Origin: Tubiluchus corallicola
Taxonomy: Eukaryota > Animalia > Priapulida
Direction: 5' to 3'
NCBI GenBank assembly: GCA_030141605.1
Contig: JAQGDQ010000204.1
Coordinates: 1 to 64,000, forward strand
Length of the DNA: 64,000 nt
Shown here: positions 51,701 to 64,000 of the stretch, piece by piece
Position numbering within the stretch: position 1 is the stretch's first letter
Layout of the letters: each line of letters opens with the position of its first letter
Program-made: the position numbers and the translations under genes
Notes under the pieces: model-generated
The model's input: the letters and a program-made list of their open reading frames with translations, nothing else
The model's database searches: none
Told to the model about the DNA's origin: nothing

Positions 51701-54700
51701 TGATTAAAGAGAGCGTGGAGCGCCTACTGCCAATCTCTCACAGGATCCGGAAACATCCTCTGTTCAATTGATGCAAATGAGCTGCTACTTAACGTAAATT
51801 GTGGATGGCATCGTTTCATGCTCACGTTTAAACCATTTACACGCCTTCGTGTTGACTCCGCGCTGACACAATGAGTGAAGACAGAATGAACTCTCCTATA
51901 ATTTATTGGATGTTGCTGAAATGCAACGTTGGTAATTTGACCGTAATCCGTCTGACTGGGGAAACGACTTAGCGGTCTTATCACGGTAGCGAGATACTGG
52001 ACAGAGAAAATCTCACCAGCGCATTCTATGGTTTCTTGACCTTTGGCAGTTGTATTTAGCAGCATTTCGACATAGTTCTCACACGCAATTATCTTCTGTA
52101 AATGAAACATAATCTTCCATTTTAATCGTTTTAATATATTGAATGAAGTGAAGACATAGCGGGATTCTTGCGGAAAAAGTGGCATCCACTTTGGTAGCTA
52201 AAATCACACACAAGTCACAAAGCGAAAGTATCTTTTTAACAGTCCGACCGCACCGTATTTTCCAAAAGTAAAAGAGCCTGTTTGATGCTGTAAGTGCGTG
52301 ACATCACTTCCCTTAGTATACCAGAAAAATATATATTCGCAGTGACCGTGACGTGAACCGTGATGTAATATTGCAATCTGACTAATTTTTATTGAAATTT
52401 TAATTTTCATTATAAAATACAAAATACGGTACATTAGTAGTTAGTTTACAGTGTTCTACTATGTTGCTTATTTTGGCTGTTTTTTATTTACAACTTTAAT
52501 CAGAGTAACTTCACTCTGTTAGTGCTAATACAACATCAACCACCTCCCCCCGAGCACAGTAATAACTAGCGGTGAGGTCCCTAGCTTATTTTGAGAACGA
52601 ATTATTAATTTTGTAAAACTTTCTTTGACTATATTGCTTTTGCCCCAGCTCCCCCTTTAACGCCTGATTGAGCGTGCACTGCTAAAGTCTTACACACATG
52701 TCCTAAAATGTCGCGTTTTTGCTAATTTTAGCTTCAATAACACTGAAATAATGATTTATGTGTAAGTAGTATTAATGCCCCAATTTATGAATACATAGTT
52801 AATAAAACTAAAATATTTATTTAAAAGAAACATTTGTTTATTTAAGAAGCAGTGTAAAGTCTTCAATATAAATTCTAAAGTAATAAAATTTTGCTTACGA
52901 AATTGCTTTTAGTTTTTAGTCATATTAATAGCATAGATTTCTTCTTTGATCTAATTCAGTTAACATTGCAGGCAAACAAAGAAAGAAGGCATTTATGTAT
53001 AAACGTATTAAATACTGTTAATCGCTTTTAATTTTTAGGAAAGTGTAGATTCTGTAAAGATATTGAACTTTTCAGTAATAGTAAAGGGATTGTCTGTGCT
53101 AGTCGTTATAGTTGCAAATTTTATTTTAGTTACGGTAGCGTTGTTGCAGGACCGATACTTAGCTCATTATAAAGTAGAATTCTCCAAAATCAGAAATGCC
53201 TCAGCCTCGTTCAACTGTGTGTGCATGCTGTAGCTGACGGAATGTCCTAAAACAAAACTTCAAATTCCGCATTGGCTTGGTAACTGTTATTTGTTCTGAG
53301 AAAATAAAATAGAAGCATTTTGCAAATTCAGGTGATTATACAAGTTTATTATAAAATGAGAACTAAATCAAAATATTAAATCATTTAGGTATGAATTACA
53401 CAATTTTTGCAAATTACACAATTGTAAAGTAGTAAAACGCTACATGAAATAGAAATTAAACTTCTTTTTTAAAGTAATCAAAAAAGAGTTAATAATAATC
53501 ATATTTAACTTACGTATATTGGCCAGCCCTGGCATTTAAACTTAAAGGCATCATAAAACTGCAGAAACAGGTCACAAGCATTTATCAAATCATTGAATTT
53601 GGCTAAATTAAGTAAAAACAGATAGCAAACACCTAAACAGTGTAACAGTCTACTTTCCTACTGACATCTGCATAAAACCAGATTGAATCATCTGAGAACA
53701 TAAGTACAGGCTAACAAATTTAAAGCAAGAAATTCATTCAAGGCCTAAAGGCCTAAAAGGTGGCAGCACATGACAGTGTCAGCTTATCCCCAACAAGAGA
53801 ATTTGTCTTACGCGGGCTGAGCATGGCAGAGAAATGGGGTTGGGAAGCTGTTACACAAGCAGTCATCCATCTATTTATTAAACAAGTCTAGCAATATTTA
53901 CTTTCGATAGCTAAGCGCATATCGTTACCACTCAGCTATTTTCTCGTTTCCATATTTTTCTTAAATAGCACATTCGCATTTCATATAATCATGTTATGTA
54001 AATGATTAACTTTACATAAACGGCAATTATGGGTTGTTAATTTTTAGTTATTTTTTAAAAACTGAGAAGCTTTTGAAACAACCTATATATTTAATGCAAA
54101 CATGAATTTTTTACAGATTATTTTTTGTCTTTGATTGATCAGCGTGAAAAATTGTTAGAACTGAAATGAAATGTGCATTTCATAGCGATTTGAATTTGGC
54201 TTGTTTATTAGCAGATTCCGTACGCTGCCGTTTTTTACAGCTCGTACACACTGCAAGCCTGTACTCAGCATTCATCGATAGTTCTTATCATGGTAGCATT
54301 GTGGCAGGATCGGTACATACTTCATTATCATAGATAATTTTCCAAGATGAGAGAGGTGTCTCTGACGCTTTTTTATCTATGTACACATCCTCACTCAAGA
54401 ATTAGTTCAGGTGTTTAATTCTTGCGTTATAGCTTCCTGCTAATGTGAATTAGCACCTACTCTTTTCACAGCTAATGAACATGATAGCAGATTAAATGAA
54501 ATTTCAGGTCTCACCGCAGGAAATGTTTCTTTGCTGCATGTCCCTGCTCCCACTTGTATTCCATAAAATGTTCACCCAAATATGTAATAATTGAATTAAG
54601 GCTGTTAAAACCTCTACTATTAAAAGAGATTTATATTGTTTGTATTGTTTGTTGTATTGTTTATTTATTCCAAGAGCCAAGTATTTTTATCAATATCTTA

Positions 54701-57700
54701 CACAAAAATGTACAATATAGAAATAACAAGAGAATAATAGATAAGGTACAGCCAAACGATTAATGCAGCGCAGACAATTATTATATCGGTTCAGATCGGA
54801 AGGTGAACTTGTAAGGTCTGAGCCGAACAAGCCGTATGGAATAACGAGAGTGCAGAAGATGCAAAACAAAAGGAAGGAAAGCATGGAAGGTAATGAGTGT
54901 GAAGATGTGGCGAGAAAGATGATGAAACAATGAAGAATGGCAAGATGTAGGTAGGGATTAGGTTTACATTAATATTTTAATAATATTAACAAACCATAGC
55001 CAACAGGGTAACGTGCAAAAGAGGCGGCAACCGGGCACCCTCAAAGGTGCCAAAATGAATTTACTTCTTTTTACTTCTGCAACTTCTTTTTCTTCATTCT
55101 CCTTCTTTTTCTAGACTTAGACTTCACGTTACATTAAATGATAAGTTTGAAAACAATTACAGGTGGTATACATGTATTAGAGTTATGTATATGTTCTAAT
55201 ATGGAATTTTTCAACCTTTTTTAAACTTGAATACACTACGTTCATCTTTAATATTGTCAGGCAGATGACTCCAAACTAGAGGCTCATGAAATTTAACAAA
55301 ATGCTTAGCAAGAATTAGTACAGCAAGAACTGCACAAATATATTAATCAAGTCCCTTGGCTTCGTTTTGTTCTCGAAGGTACGCAATTTGTTTAAATGGA
55401 ACACGGATAAACAGTTATAGATTTCTGGTCTGAACCTACCGGCATACCGGCATAAAAACTGGTGGACACCCTAGAATACTCTGAACAAAAATTCGGGTTG
55501 CAATGAGCGAAATAAAGCTGTTCAGCATTCCCTCTATAGTTCTTTTAATCTGACAGAGAAAACAGAATAAGCCTAATCAAGACGTGCTTCAGGTCATGTC
55601 CCACCAGAGGGCTGGAACCATGACGACACTACGACTGGTCATTAGAAGACTTCGCATCAGTCGCAGCTTCCCCAGATTAGTTTAGTTTATTACTATAACA
55701 GATCATTAGCAGATAGGGATTATCGATTTTCTGCGCCTGAAAGCAAAGTTGAAAAGAACAAGAGGTGACAAAGCGTGCCGCTGCTTCTTTTGTTTGCTAA
55801 TTAACTTTCTGTAACAAGCTTCCAAAACATCTGTAAGTTAATTAGTTTTTATTGTTCGACTCTAAAATCTGTTGCTGCTTTGCCTTTAAGATATCACATT
55901 GAGCTGTTAAGCGGCGCAATTTTTTTCATTGCCGATGGAATGGCCTGCGGAAAAATGAATAGGAATAGCTGCAGAAAAAGAATAACGCACACGCAGATTG
56001 CATGAACGGTGCATTGACAACAATATAAAACGATTTTATCTATTCCGCACCCCCAAACGCATCCGCATGCTACGTAAACCCGACTTAAGACCTGTTCTTT
56101 GAACGTGGAAAATGTTTGGGGCACAGGCTGGTTCGCGATATGAAACTGGACAAGCGTCGGTAGAAACGCTAAATCAAAAACTCGTTGGTAGCTAGGAAAT
56201 TCAGCTGCAATGCTGAGTACATTGGTAAAACATCTAGACAGTTGATGGTAGGAACAACTAAATATCTAGGAATGTCTCATTTGTCAATGAAACCTTTATC
56301 CCATCCCCCACGTATATTAATTTTGGGTCATATCAATAACCCTGAGCACCAATCAAACATTAGTAAATTTCAATAGTATTACCTCTGGCGCTATTGAGCC
56401 TTTTTTACTTCTTACTATCTTCTTACTATCAAAGAAAACTTTCCATCATGCATATAAAACCTAGTCTTACTACCCAATACCGTTCTATACCTTCGTTCTG
56501 ATTCTAATACTAGTCACAACTCTGTTCCATTTCTACTCGCCACTTTATAGTTTTCACGAGCTCTAACAGGCTTCTACATAGTCACATGCGATTAACTCTT
56601 GCCTATGTAAGTACCATAGTTTATTCCAGTGATGATGACACCAGTAGGCGCTGAAACATCCATGCAAATTTCTGCCGCATTTCTGCTGCTTTTATATTCT
56701 GTGTAGTTTTAAAGTAACCATTAGAAAGAAAAATCAGAAAATATAATTATTACAATAAACTTCAAACAAGTTTTAAAGTTTATTGTAAAAACACATAATT
56801 TATGTTAGTATAAGAATTCTATTTTTCTGATTCATATTTTTGACTTTTTACTCCTGTGTGCTACGTTTGTTCAGCACTCCAGCCACTGGCTCGTTTGCGG
56901 CGATTTGTGTAAAAATCAAGATAAACCCTAAAATGGTTAAATTCAAGTCGTTCAGATACGTTGAAACAGCCTCAGAATTCCAATTGATAATAATTTTAGT
57001 CAAAATGTTCTCAAATTGGAAATAGGCAAAAATTAGTACAATTTTGTCCAAGAACCAGAAAAGCCGGAATTTCGGTTCAAAAATTCACATTTGCTATTCA
57101 AATGTTCACAATTTCCATTCAAGTGTTCACAATTTCCATTTAATTGTTCACAATTTCCTTTCAAATGTTCACACACAAAATAAAACACAAAACACAAAAA
57201 TTATTCAGTTTGTTAACAGATACGCAGGGTCTACAAGGTTTACTTCATTGTATTTTAATAGAATTATTACAAAATCTAACCCAATTTTAACACAGACCGT
57301 GTCCACGAGACTAACTTTTGTTTAGATTTGATCCTTGCAAATTGTATTGTAGGAGAAATTGCTTTTTTATTATGACTTGGTTTTTATGTTTACTTGCTAT
57401 ACTATATATCTGCCTGAAACTGTTCCGAACTGCATTGACCAAGGAGTCTACAAGGTGGAATTTAGCACTCAATAACAATATATTTAATGTAGATTATTTG
57501 GTAGGTTCTCTAAGATGAGACAGATTGTGAACATCTGAATGGAAATTGTGAACATTTGAATGGAAATTGCGAGCATTTGAATGGAAATTCTGAACATTTC
57601 AACGTGACAAGGTGTAGATGCTAACAGGCCTACAGAAGTAGATTAGGAAAAGTGTTATGTCAATTTTCCGATCGATCATAAACTGAAGAGCGAGTTTTCT

Positions 57701-59234
57701 GCGATATTAAAATTTAGTTTTAAACAAAACCTCAATACTTATAGGTGTGTTGCCATTTGTCGTTCTCAAAGCTAGATTTCTGTAAGGTACAAGATGTGTT
57801 TGTATCACAGGTGTGATGATCCTGTGGTAATCCTGATAATCCAAACAAAATCTGAGATAAGATCTTTTGAAAGGAAACCTTCCTAGAGAAGACTGGAAGA
57901 ATATGTTTTCTATGTTGAAAGATGGATTACTATGAATGTAACAGTAGTTTACGTTGTGAGTGTTACACAACGTAACAAAATTGTTAGTGAACTGTGCGGG
58001 AAACGTAAACATATTATTACGGCAATTATTTTTTCTTTGAGGAATCAAAATATGTCTGTTATAAATTGTCGAGTTATGCTGTTTACCAGGAGGTTTGAAA
58101 TTCGCATAAAAGTCCCCAAATAATCCTGCTAAAGAGTAATAACAATACTCCTGAGTCCGAATTTCAGGCGAAGGATTGTGAGTGTCGCCATAAAGAAGCC
58201 TAGAGGAATCAACTAAGATGTAGTATAATACACAACTGATCTAGTCGAATGAAACCCTTGATGCTAAAAATGTATTACATTAACAAGTGTGTTTTGGCAA
58301 AATTGTAGCTTATTTTTTCCCTATACCTGTATATTATTTTTTCTCGGAAGTTACATCTGCTCAGATGCTCGATTGGATACTGAGCTTCATGCAAGAATTA
58401 ATGCTGCAGCCAGCTCTTTCGGCCGTATGAGGAAACGTGTCTTCGATAACCATGACCTTACCATCGCCACTAAACTGCAGGTGTACAAGCAATGCATCAT
58501 TCCGCAGCTTACCTATGGTCAGGAAACGTGGACGCTCTATCAAGATCAGGTCAGGTCTCTTCGTGCGGTTCAGCAGAGACATCTGCGTCACATCCTTCGC
58601 ATACGCTGGGACGACTATGTGCCAAACGAAGACGTGCTGGCTCGTGCCAAGATGGAAGATATCGAGGTTACGCTTACTAAGGCTCAACTTCGGTGGTTTG
58701 GGCATGTGGTCAGAATGAACGATAAGAGACCGACAAAGGCCCTTCTTCATGGAGAACTAACCAGTGGCTCTCGCAGTGTTGGTCGTCCTCTCCTTCGCTT
58801 CAAGGACAAGGTGAAGTTCTCTCTGAGGAAAGGTGGAATGTTGGATTCAAGCTGCCTTTCGCAGTTCACGACCGTCCTGCATGGAGATCCCTAGTCAACA
58901 ACTGTGCCGAAAAACTCGATGAAGAAAGACGGATGCTTGGATATGCAAGAAGGTTCAAGTCGTGGATAAGAGATGGTTTCATGGACATCTGACTCGCACT
59001 GATTTAGCCGTATCGGCTTCGACGTTGTACTTTTTCCCTATACCTTTCGGTTGGGAGCTTTCAGTTGACACAACAGACTTTGCGTATTTTTATTCCGTGG
59101 TCATACCCACCCTTTTAGTTTCGACCTCTTAAGTCCGCCTTCAGTGCATGTTCAATACTTTCCCATAACTCACCAAGTTTGTGGTGTTAACATTAATAGC
59201 TTTTTAAAGCACACACGCAACAGACAGACAGGAT

Positions 59235-59272
<38 letters not shown>

Positions 59273-59279
59273 CAGGCAG

Positions 59280-59314
<35 letters not shown>

Positions 59315-61279
59315 GCAAACAGACAGACAGACGGGCAGGTAGGCAAACAGACAAACAGACAGGCAGGCAGCCAGGCAGACAGACAGACAGATGGATGGGC
59401 AGACAGAGAACAGGGTTGAGCATATAAATTTATAAAACTATCGCACGTTCTAATAATTACACATACATTACGTACATACATTTTGCAACTAAAGAACTAT
59501 ATTAACCAGAAATGCAACCCAGAGGAGCCAGAGAAACCCAACAAAATGGACAACTGCCGTCATACTTGTAGTAGTGCGAAGCATCATATATTACAAAGCA
59601 GTTTGAATCAAACATTTATGGTTTTTGATGCTCGCTACTTTTTGATGCTTTGAACAAGCTTTATTACCGCACAAGGATGGCTCTTGGTCATTTATTTCTC
59701 TGTGCATCGATGCACAAATGAACAGTTGCATCATACTGCAGCACATCAAGAGAGCCTCACACCAGCTGTTAAAATACGCGTAATTTACGGTTACTGCATT
59801 ATTTATGATATAGCTACATGTATAGGCTTATCCGATTAATTAATTATATTACATTATATTATATGATTCGTTTTTTTACAAACTGAGTTATTACATTTTT
59901 GTTTTGTTATTCCAAAATGAGTGCTATTTCAAAGAATATTGCCTTAAAATTTTGAAGCTAGTCATTTTTTCCAGACGGACAGCAGCCAGACGAACGGTCG
60001 AGGTAAGGGACCTTCGTGGGCTTTTTTATAGTAATGTGATTAGCAACCAAAGTTTACAACGCGACTGAAGCGATTTTAGATCGGAATTGATGTAGGGACA
60101 CGAATTACTTGTCCAAACGAAATCGAAAGTTCGAAACAGTTTTATCTGCACTAACTGCATAATTACCTAATAAAAATGATTTCTTTCCTTTTGTTTTTGA
60201 TGAAACATTACATGAATTAATTTAATATCATTGTGGTTTAAGGTGATTAGGCCTTCTTTAATTTGTAAAACGTCTCCAAATGACACAATGCTTTGCAAGT
60301 TTTGGTATTACCGTCTCTCCTTATCTCCTTAGCTCTTTCTGAAAATTACAGCTGTAAATTTATATAAAACCGATATAAAAGTGTTCTAATTTGTACAGTT
60401 AACTAGCTGTCAAATGATTTACTGCAGAAATTTACAAGCGAATTTACATATTTGAATGGAATATTATCACACGAACATAGTAATAAATACAGTACAGAAG
60501 GTGCATTATCACTCAATATAGTAGTCAAGTACATTAGTTTTACATGAGTATTATGAGCCCTATATTCAAGCCCCATAAGTTTACTTAATGGTGTTTTAAA
60601 TAGTTTAGTTATTATAAGTCATCATAATTCTTGTATTTGTCCCTCAAACATTTTTACATCCCAAGAACTGGATATCTGGTACTTGTTCGCGTTGTTCTTG
60701 TTCTTGTGGACAGTTTGTTTATCGATTCACACGTGACAGCATGCGTATACTTTCACTATACTACCCTCAACCCCGATGACATGCCTATACTACGCTATTG
60801 CATTCTGGCATGTTATAGTTTTCAATATCGAAATAGAACACACAGTAAAACGTCTTCTGATTTTCATTTCAGAGCGCTGGTTTTCAGCACGATGTAATGG
60901 TCACACTTCCGGTCGCAGACACATCTACAAGCGAGCCAAACGTTCGTCCCTGCTCATGTCTGTGGTCATCGTTGCTGCGTTCATTGTCTGCTGGTCACCG
61001 TATTACATCGTCATGATCGGCTACATATTCAAATCAGACATTTTTCACACTAACACTGATCTCGTTTTCGCCGTCGTCTTCCCCTTCGGGATGGCTAATT
61101 CCATGATAAATCCGGTCATTTACGGTGCCTTCCATTTGGCCAGGAGAAGATGCTGCTGGCCGCCGGACCGCCGAAACTCTCAAACTAACAACAGCACATT
61201 CTTTACCCTGCTGACGTCACTAAGGAGAAAACGAAGAAATGAAGCGGACAACGAAAAAGAAGTTTCTTCAAAGTTGTAG
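42166..61279 (+). CDS. CrzR: Rhodopsin-class GPCR of the GnRH/AKH/corazonin receptor superfamily, corazonin-receptor type; 3 coding exons, about 387 aa
   Basis: Exons 42166-42708, 49804-50017, 60873-61279 total 1164 nt in frame. Seven TM segments with GN, NLAVSDL, WKAGNGLCK, DRC, FYQCVTGYYTAEWQEKLY, AFIVCWSPYY, FGMANSMINPVIYGAF. The ECL2 and TM7 motifs resemble corazonin-type receptors. Confidence 0.88.
43220..43263 (+). ncRNA. Degenerate minimal type I hammerhead ribozyme-like motif
   Basis: TCTTTCA-TG-TGATGA-GGCCC-GTT-GGGGC-GAAA-GCTTC-TGAAAGA: stem I, core, stem II and palindromic stem III; core C3 is altered. Confidence 0.4.
49804..50017 (+). CDS. CrzR: GPCR exon 2 (ECL2, TM5)
   Basis: aacag acceptor, gtaact donor; VFLFRV...FYQCVT...LLPLCIIVICYSLI; missed by the ORF track. 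Confidence 0.9.
50440..51090 (+). mobile_element. Decayed non-LTR retrotransposon ORF2 3' fragment
   Basis: HDIVLNSNQTKCI, then LFHAYCCSFYGC...YRKALRRILDLP..SH, resembling late and post-RT LINE sequence. Confidence 0.6.
53150..54500 (-). mobile_element. Possible highly decayed hAT transposase
   Basis: Broken minus-strand motifs in the expected order: CTDPATM (~54310), TNSLVGDKLTLS (~53790), IPSATA..VERG (~53220); many stops. Confidence 0.35.
56170..56665 (+). mobile_element. Penelope-like element 3' fragment (GIY-YIG endonuclease plus hammerhead-like remnant)
   Basis: FSCNAEYIGKTSRQL, later LTIKE...HIKPSL; then GATGATGACACCAGTAGGCGCTGAAAC at 56631-56657. Confidence 0.65.
57085..57600. mobile_element. 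Foldback/MITE-like element with inverted arms made of 20-bp tandem units
   Basis: (TTCAAATGTTCACAATTTCC-like) x~4 at 57085-57172 and its reverse complement x~4 at 57524-57599. Confidence 0.7.
58329..59030 (+). mobile_element. 5'-truncated RTE-clade LINE with a 15-bp target-site duplication
   Basis: FLGS...RINAAASSFGRM...TKLQVY...LTYGQETW...QLRWFGHVVRM...GRPLLRFKD; GC-richer than its flanks; TTTTTCCCTATACCT at 58314-58328 and 59031-59045. Confidence 0.92.
59220..59410. repeat. Compound (AGGC)n/(AGAC)n microsatellite
   Basis: Directly visible. Confidence 0.92.
60873..61279 (+). CDS. CrzR: GPCR exon 3 (ICL3, TM6, TM7, C-tail)
   Basis: tttcag acceptor, phase 1 (a second in-frame AG lies 15 nt downstream); TAG at 61277-61279. 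Confidence 0.9.
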
Positions 61280-63453
61280 GTAGTCGGGACCTTCCAGACA
61301 CTGCAGGACTTTTTTCATAGTTTTGTCCATCACCGATAAATATGTTTATTTAAGTTCGTAATCGTAAAGTGTAAAACTTCGACGTAAAACTATGTTTGCG
61401 GCATCCGGATCCAGAAGGTCAAAAAAGGATCAAAATCGAAAATATAAATTAGTGTGAGTAATTGAACTTTACACAGGCTTCTTCTTCAGGCGCTGACAGT
61501 CCAGGCCAGGCACATTCCAAATTGTTTGTGTCAAAGAACACGGCTAATTATTTTTGACAATGGCGGGCGTAAACAGTTATTGTCTGAAAAAATGTAACAG
61601 CGTTTATCGGACAAAAGCGTAAAACTTCCTTAACCCACGGCAGCTTTCTATTGAGTAGTAACAGTTTACAAGAGGAAATCGCTGTTAAGTAAATTATAAA
61701 TCACTTTTTTAAATTGATTAATGTAAAAGTTAATATTCAGCAGTTTAAATATTGCAACGTGTCGTATAACAGCAAAAAGAGTCCAAAACTTCCTTTTGTC
61801 TTTTAAGTTGAATGCGCGTTTTGCCCTGTCGAACTAGTGTCTTGAAACACACATTGTCAGATTGGGTAACCCTGGAAGGACAAAGGCAGCAGTGTGTGAT
61901 CTCTGAACACTTAATGAGGGATCAAGGGCAGTGGGCGCCGGTGAAGTTTACGATTATAACTCAGTACCTCCAAAGACACCTAGTTTTTAAATTTTTTCCA
62001 AGTATTTATGAATTGCGGGATAGATGTGCAGCTCGGATTTTAAACAAACTCGAAAGCTTTAAATGTGCGCGAGGGGTCAAAATGCAAAATAGAGCTACCT
62101 ACATTTGGTGAACTTGGACGCAGAAGAAAGGCGGCCGAAAATCACAAATTAGGTCTGACACAGACACTTTTCCGGTGCTGAACAACTGTAACTTGCAGCC
62201 TATCAAACGAAAGGTTTCGATGAGGCAGATTGAATAGTATAAGTTGACTCGAGATTGATTGATTGACCCCTGACATGGGTTATTGGTCAAAAAGTGACAA
62301 GTTTTGACTTAAGCAACTCGTAAGCACATCAAGTGAAAGATCTTGGTATAAGTTGACTAGGAGATTGGTTGACCTAATTCCTATAAGTCTTTGGTCAAAA
62401 GTGACAATTTCACGATTTCATTGTGAAATGCTATTCTTATGTAACCAAGAAATGTGTCTTCAATAACAGCAACATTATGACCTTCAGACAGAACACTTGC
62501 ACTATTTCAAGCCCAAATTCTGTAACTACTGTCTGTCAAAGCTTCGGTTTCTGAGCACTTTCAGAAACATTGTCAGCTAGGTTTAAACTAAAATTTATTG
62601 CTCATTGTAACGTAATTTTTTCTTGGCAATGTTGTTAATTTTATTGTTTATTAAAACATTGTGCAAAGTTCTACCGCATCGTAATGCTATTCTAAAACCG
62701 TGTTTGTAATAAATTATCATTATCATTTATATTTATATTGATAATTTATATTATCAAAATTATATTTTGATCTTTCAAATTTTCATCACCTCATGAGTAA
62801 AAAAACCTTGAAGTACCAAAAACGTTACCATTTTCATAACTAGCAGATTATAAATGATTCTAACACTAACACTCTCAAATACCCAAAAACCACATTCGAT
62901 TGCTTCATTGACAAAAATGTATCCTCCAGACGGTTTTGTTGTTTCATAAACTTAGCTCAATTAGATTTTACTTTTTATTCAATAATTCTAGAAAAATGGT
63001 AGTATTAGCTTACACTCAAATTTTTTCTCAAGCCAAAAGATAAATCGATTACAGCAAACCGAAATCCTACAATGTGGCCTAACATTATTTCTAGGTTTCA
63101 AAAATGGAGACGTTGTTTAGACTGAAAATCTCGCAGAGGTATTTCACGATTTTTTGAAAATACAAAGTCTTTAATGTGAAAATAGATTAGACCACTTTTT
63201 TGCCGCTTATTGGGTTCAGCTGCTGTAACATCAATAACAGTAATAAACTAAACAAATACCACTGCTTGTAGTATTTGGTCATATATATTTTAAAAGTTAT
63301 TTCTAATCATAGCGGTAGCTTTCAAAATAATGAAAGAAAAGTTCATTATATACTGACTAATACTATCTGTTATCTTCTTCAAACTATATACACGAAATTA
63401 TAAAAAGATTCCTTAAAATTGCCTGGAATGGCGTAAAAAACTTTACTGCTAGT

Positions 63454-63988
63454 CAGGGCCGGATTAAGACGCCCTAAGCACTGAATAGATTACGGACCCC
63501 CCCCCCCATATACGTGTAATTCAGAATAAAACTAATACGAAACTGTAAAATAAAATTTTATCCTTCGAAGTGAAAAAAACTTGCAGAAGCAATTAATAGG
63601 GATCGGCTTTACATTGCATAAAAAGTGATATTAGATTAACACAATATTTAAGATTTTTTAAAAGTGCGCACAAAAATACAGAGATAAGTCTATCATGTTT
63701 TCCGTATCAGCACATTTTTATAAGCATTGCCACACTTGAAATATATTATGGCACATTATATAATCAGTAAATGTCATCGTAATGGGAAGTGAGCAACTCA
63801 GGCTGTTCAGTAGCAAGAATCTCGATGCCTATCCGTACCATCAAATTGTAAACAAACACGGAAAGTACCACACATCTTCGGGAATATTATACTTTTGGGT
63901 AATTATTCGATCTGAAAAACTGTGTGGAGGCCCCCTCTTCTCTTGGGACCCTAAATACGTGCTTATTTTGTTAATGGATCTTGAATTG
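63454..63988. mobile_element. Non-autonomous hAT-type element with an 8-bp TSD
   Basis: Begins CAGGGCCGGATTAAG; CTGCTAGT at 63446-63453 and 63989-63996; the right TIR is degenerate. Confidence 0.65.
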
Positions 63989-64000
63989 CTGCTAGTAAAT

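Noticed and set aside
51724-52200. 153-aa minus-strand ORF as a nested gene or P-element-like transposase relic
   Set aside because: No convincing motif or splice structure by eye; a profile search would be needed.
61812-62111. 99-aa ORF downstream of the GPCR
   Set aside because: At most a very short RT-like scrap (LSDWVTLEG); no gene structure.

Overview
AT-rich, intron-rich genomic DNA from a bilaterian invertebrate; the species cannot be determined from the window. I read three spliced + strand genes by hand from GT-AG boundaries. (1) The last 10 coding exons (1910-9793) of an animal heme peroxidase; its upstream intron appears to hold the right terminus of a Polinton/Maverick element (ends ...TATACTACT at 1799). 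(2) A complete 24-exon gene (12088-36445, about 1266 aa) for a type I membrane protein with a signal peptide, six divergent MAM domains, an acidic Thr/Glu-rich stalk, one TM helix and a short acidic tail. (3) A 3-exon GnRH-superfamily GPCR of corazonin-receptor type (42166-61279, about 387 aa). Introns and intergenic DNA hold decayed LINEs (I/Jockey-like, CR1/L2-like, and an RTE with an intact 15-bp TSD), a Penelope-like fragment, hammerhead-like remnants, hAT and Helentron-type non-autonomous elements, hairpins and mini/microsatellites. I found no rRNA, tRNA or CRISPR array. Family calls rest on remembered motifs, not database searches. The best novelty candidates are the six-MAM receptor and the intronic Polinton end.
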